From Ptychomitrium polyphyllum (lineage: Eukaryota): a DNA stretch of 64,000 nucleotides. A program made the translations under genes and the position numbers. The first letter of the stretch is position 1. The number at the start of each line of letters is the position of its first letter. Shown in pieces: positions 62,870 to 64,000 of the stretch. The stretch lies in NCBI GenBank assembly GCA_973851085.1, contig OZ316775.1, positions 19,530,001-19,594,000 of the forward strand, written 5' to 3'. Below the pieces are notes generated by a model. It was not told the origin of the DNA. It made no database searches and saw nothing but the letters and a program-made list of their open reading frames with translations.

Positions 62870-64000
62870 AGCCATCAGTGTCATGCCGTGTAGAAGAAGG
62901 AGGCTATGACATGAGCCATGACTTGGGAAATTATGTTCACCACTTGTGCAATGAAAGGTATCTTTTTTCAAAATGGTGAAAATTTTCTACAACTTGTTTT
63001 TCAAGTGCCTTTCTAGACCATTTAAACAACTGTAGATCAATTCCATTTAATTGATAAAGATATAAAGAATGCAAATAGATAATGTTATAGATGTATATGG
63101 TGATCATAAATGTATTAAATGATTATGATCAAAATCAAATGTATTTGTTTAGGATTTAGTTAAAGTATACTAATTGGAGTATTGAACAATGAATTATACC
63201 AATTTAAATGAGCTTTTAAGAATTAATTCATGCTTAAGAAAAGACAAGATCAAAATAAATTTGAATATGCTTACATTTCAAAAAAAAATCTATTTTTTGA
63301 ATTATTTAATGATGTTTACTTTATATAAAATTAAATTCACTTTATTAAACATTTAAGAAGACAAAACAATTGTCTCTATATACACCAATGAGGACTTAAT
63401 CTTGTAGCTAATAGGTGTAAGATGGAAAGTTTGTTAGTGATAAACAATTCTATTGTACAAATGTTTATGAAAAAACATATGTTATTTCTTGAAAGCTCAA
63501 TTTACATTTCATCATATATTATCACAGCTACAATGGTATGAAGGTCAAAGTATTCAAAACCTTCTTTATTAAAATTCTATCAAAATCAAGACTTGAAAGA
63601 GAAGCATTGTTTTGTAGAATGGCACATTGTTCATTCTCAAAATCATATTTAACAAGTTTCTAATCTTTAATAACGCTTAGTCCTTGTATTGGAATTAATT
63701 TTCTTTTTGATGTATTAACATCTGTTAATGAAATCACAAATAGGACGCTTTTGATGGTCCTTCAACCTACACACTTTTAAAAAATAACTCCTACATACTC
63801 CATTTATAAATAAACTTTCAATTTTATTCTTTTTCAACATTTGACTTACATCCTGGAAAATGCCAAAGCTTAATGCATTGCTCTTTAAAACTTCATTCAA
63901 ACATCACTTCAATTTTGCTTCATTAAAACAACAATGATTGCATTATTGTTGTGGCAAAAATAGTTTCAATATATGGTACCAATTCATAATGTCCTTGCTT

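Overview
Eukaryotic plant nuclear DNA with spliceosomal GT-AG introns. It is most likely a moss (inferred from the secretory-type polyphenol oxidase, the kinase family and the decayed chromovirus-type Ty3/gypsy remnants). From left to right: a nest of decayed Ty3/gypsy LTR-retrotransposon pieces (1-6.4 kb); a mitochondrial pyruvate dehydrogenase E2 gene with three lipoyl domains; a 24-bp minisatellite and an AT-rich spacer; a degenerate ~160-bp tandem repeat upstream of an intact 18-exon, ~1950-aa RNA polymerase IV/V largest-subunit gene; TAF8; an orphan Ser/Pro/Arg-rich gene; a phi-class GST; a kinase pseudogene; an orphan putative membrane protein; a polyphenol oxidase; and AT-rich intergenic DNA. 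The most interesting object is the polymerase locus. Its catalytic core is intact and its tail is WG/GW-rich, but it has no visible C-terminal DeCL domain, it carries an inserted exon with a SIM-like motif, and it has a repeat array in its own 5' region. Exon models were read by eye from splice signals and phase consistency; no database searches were run.
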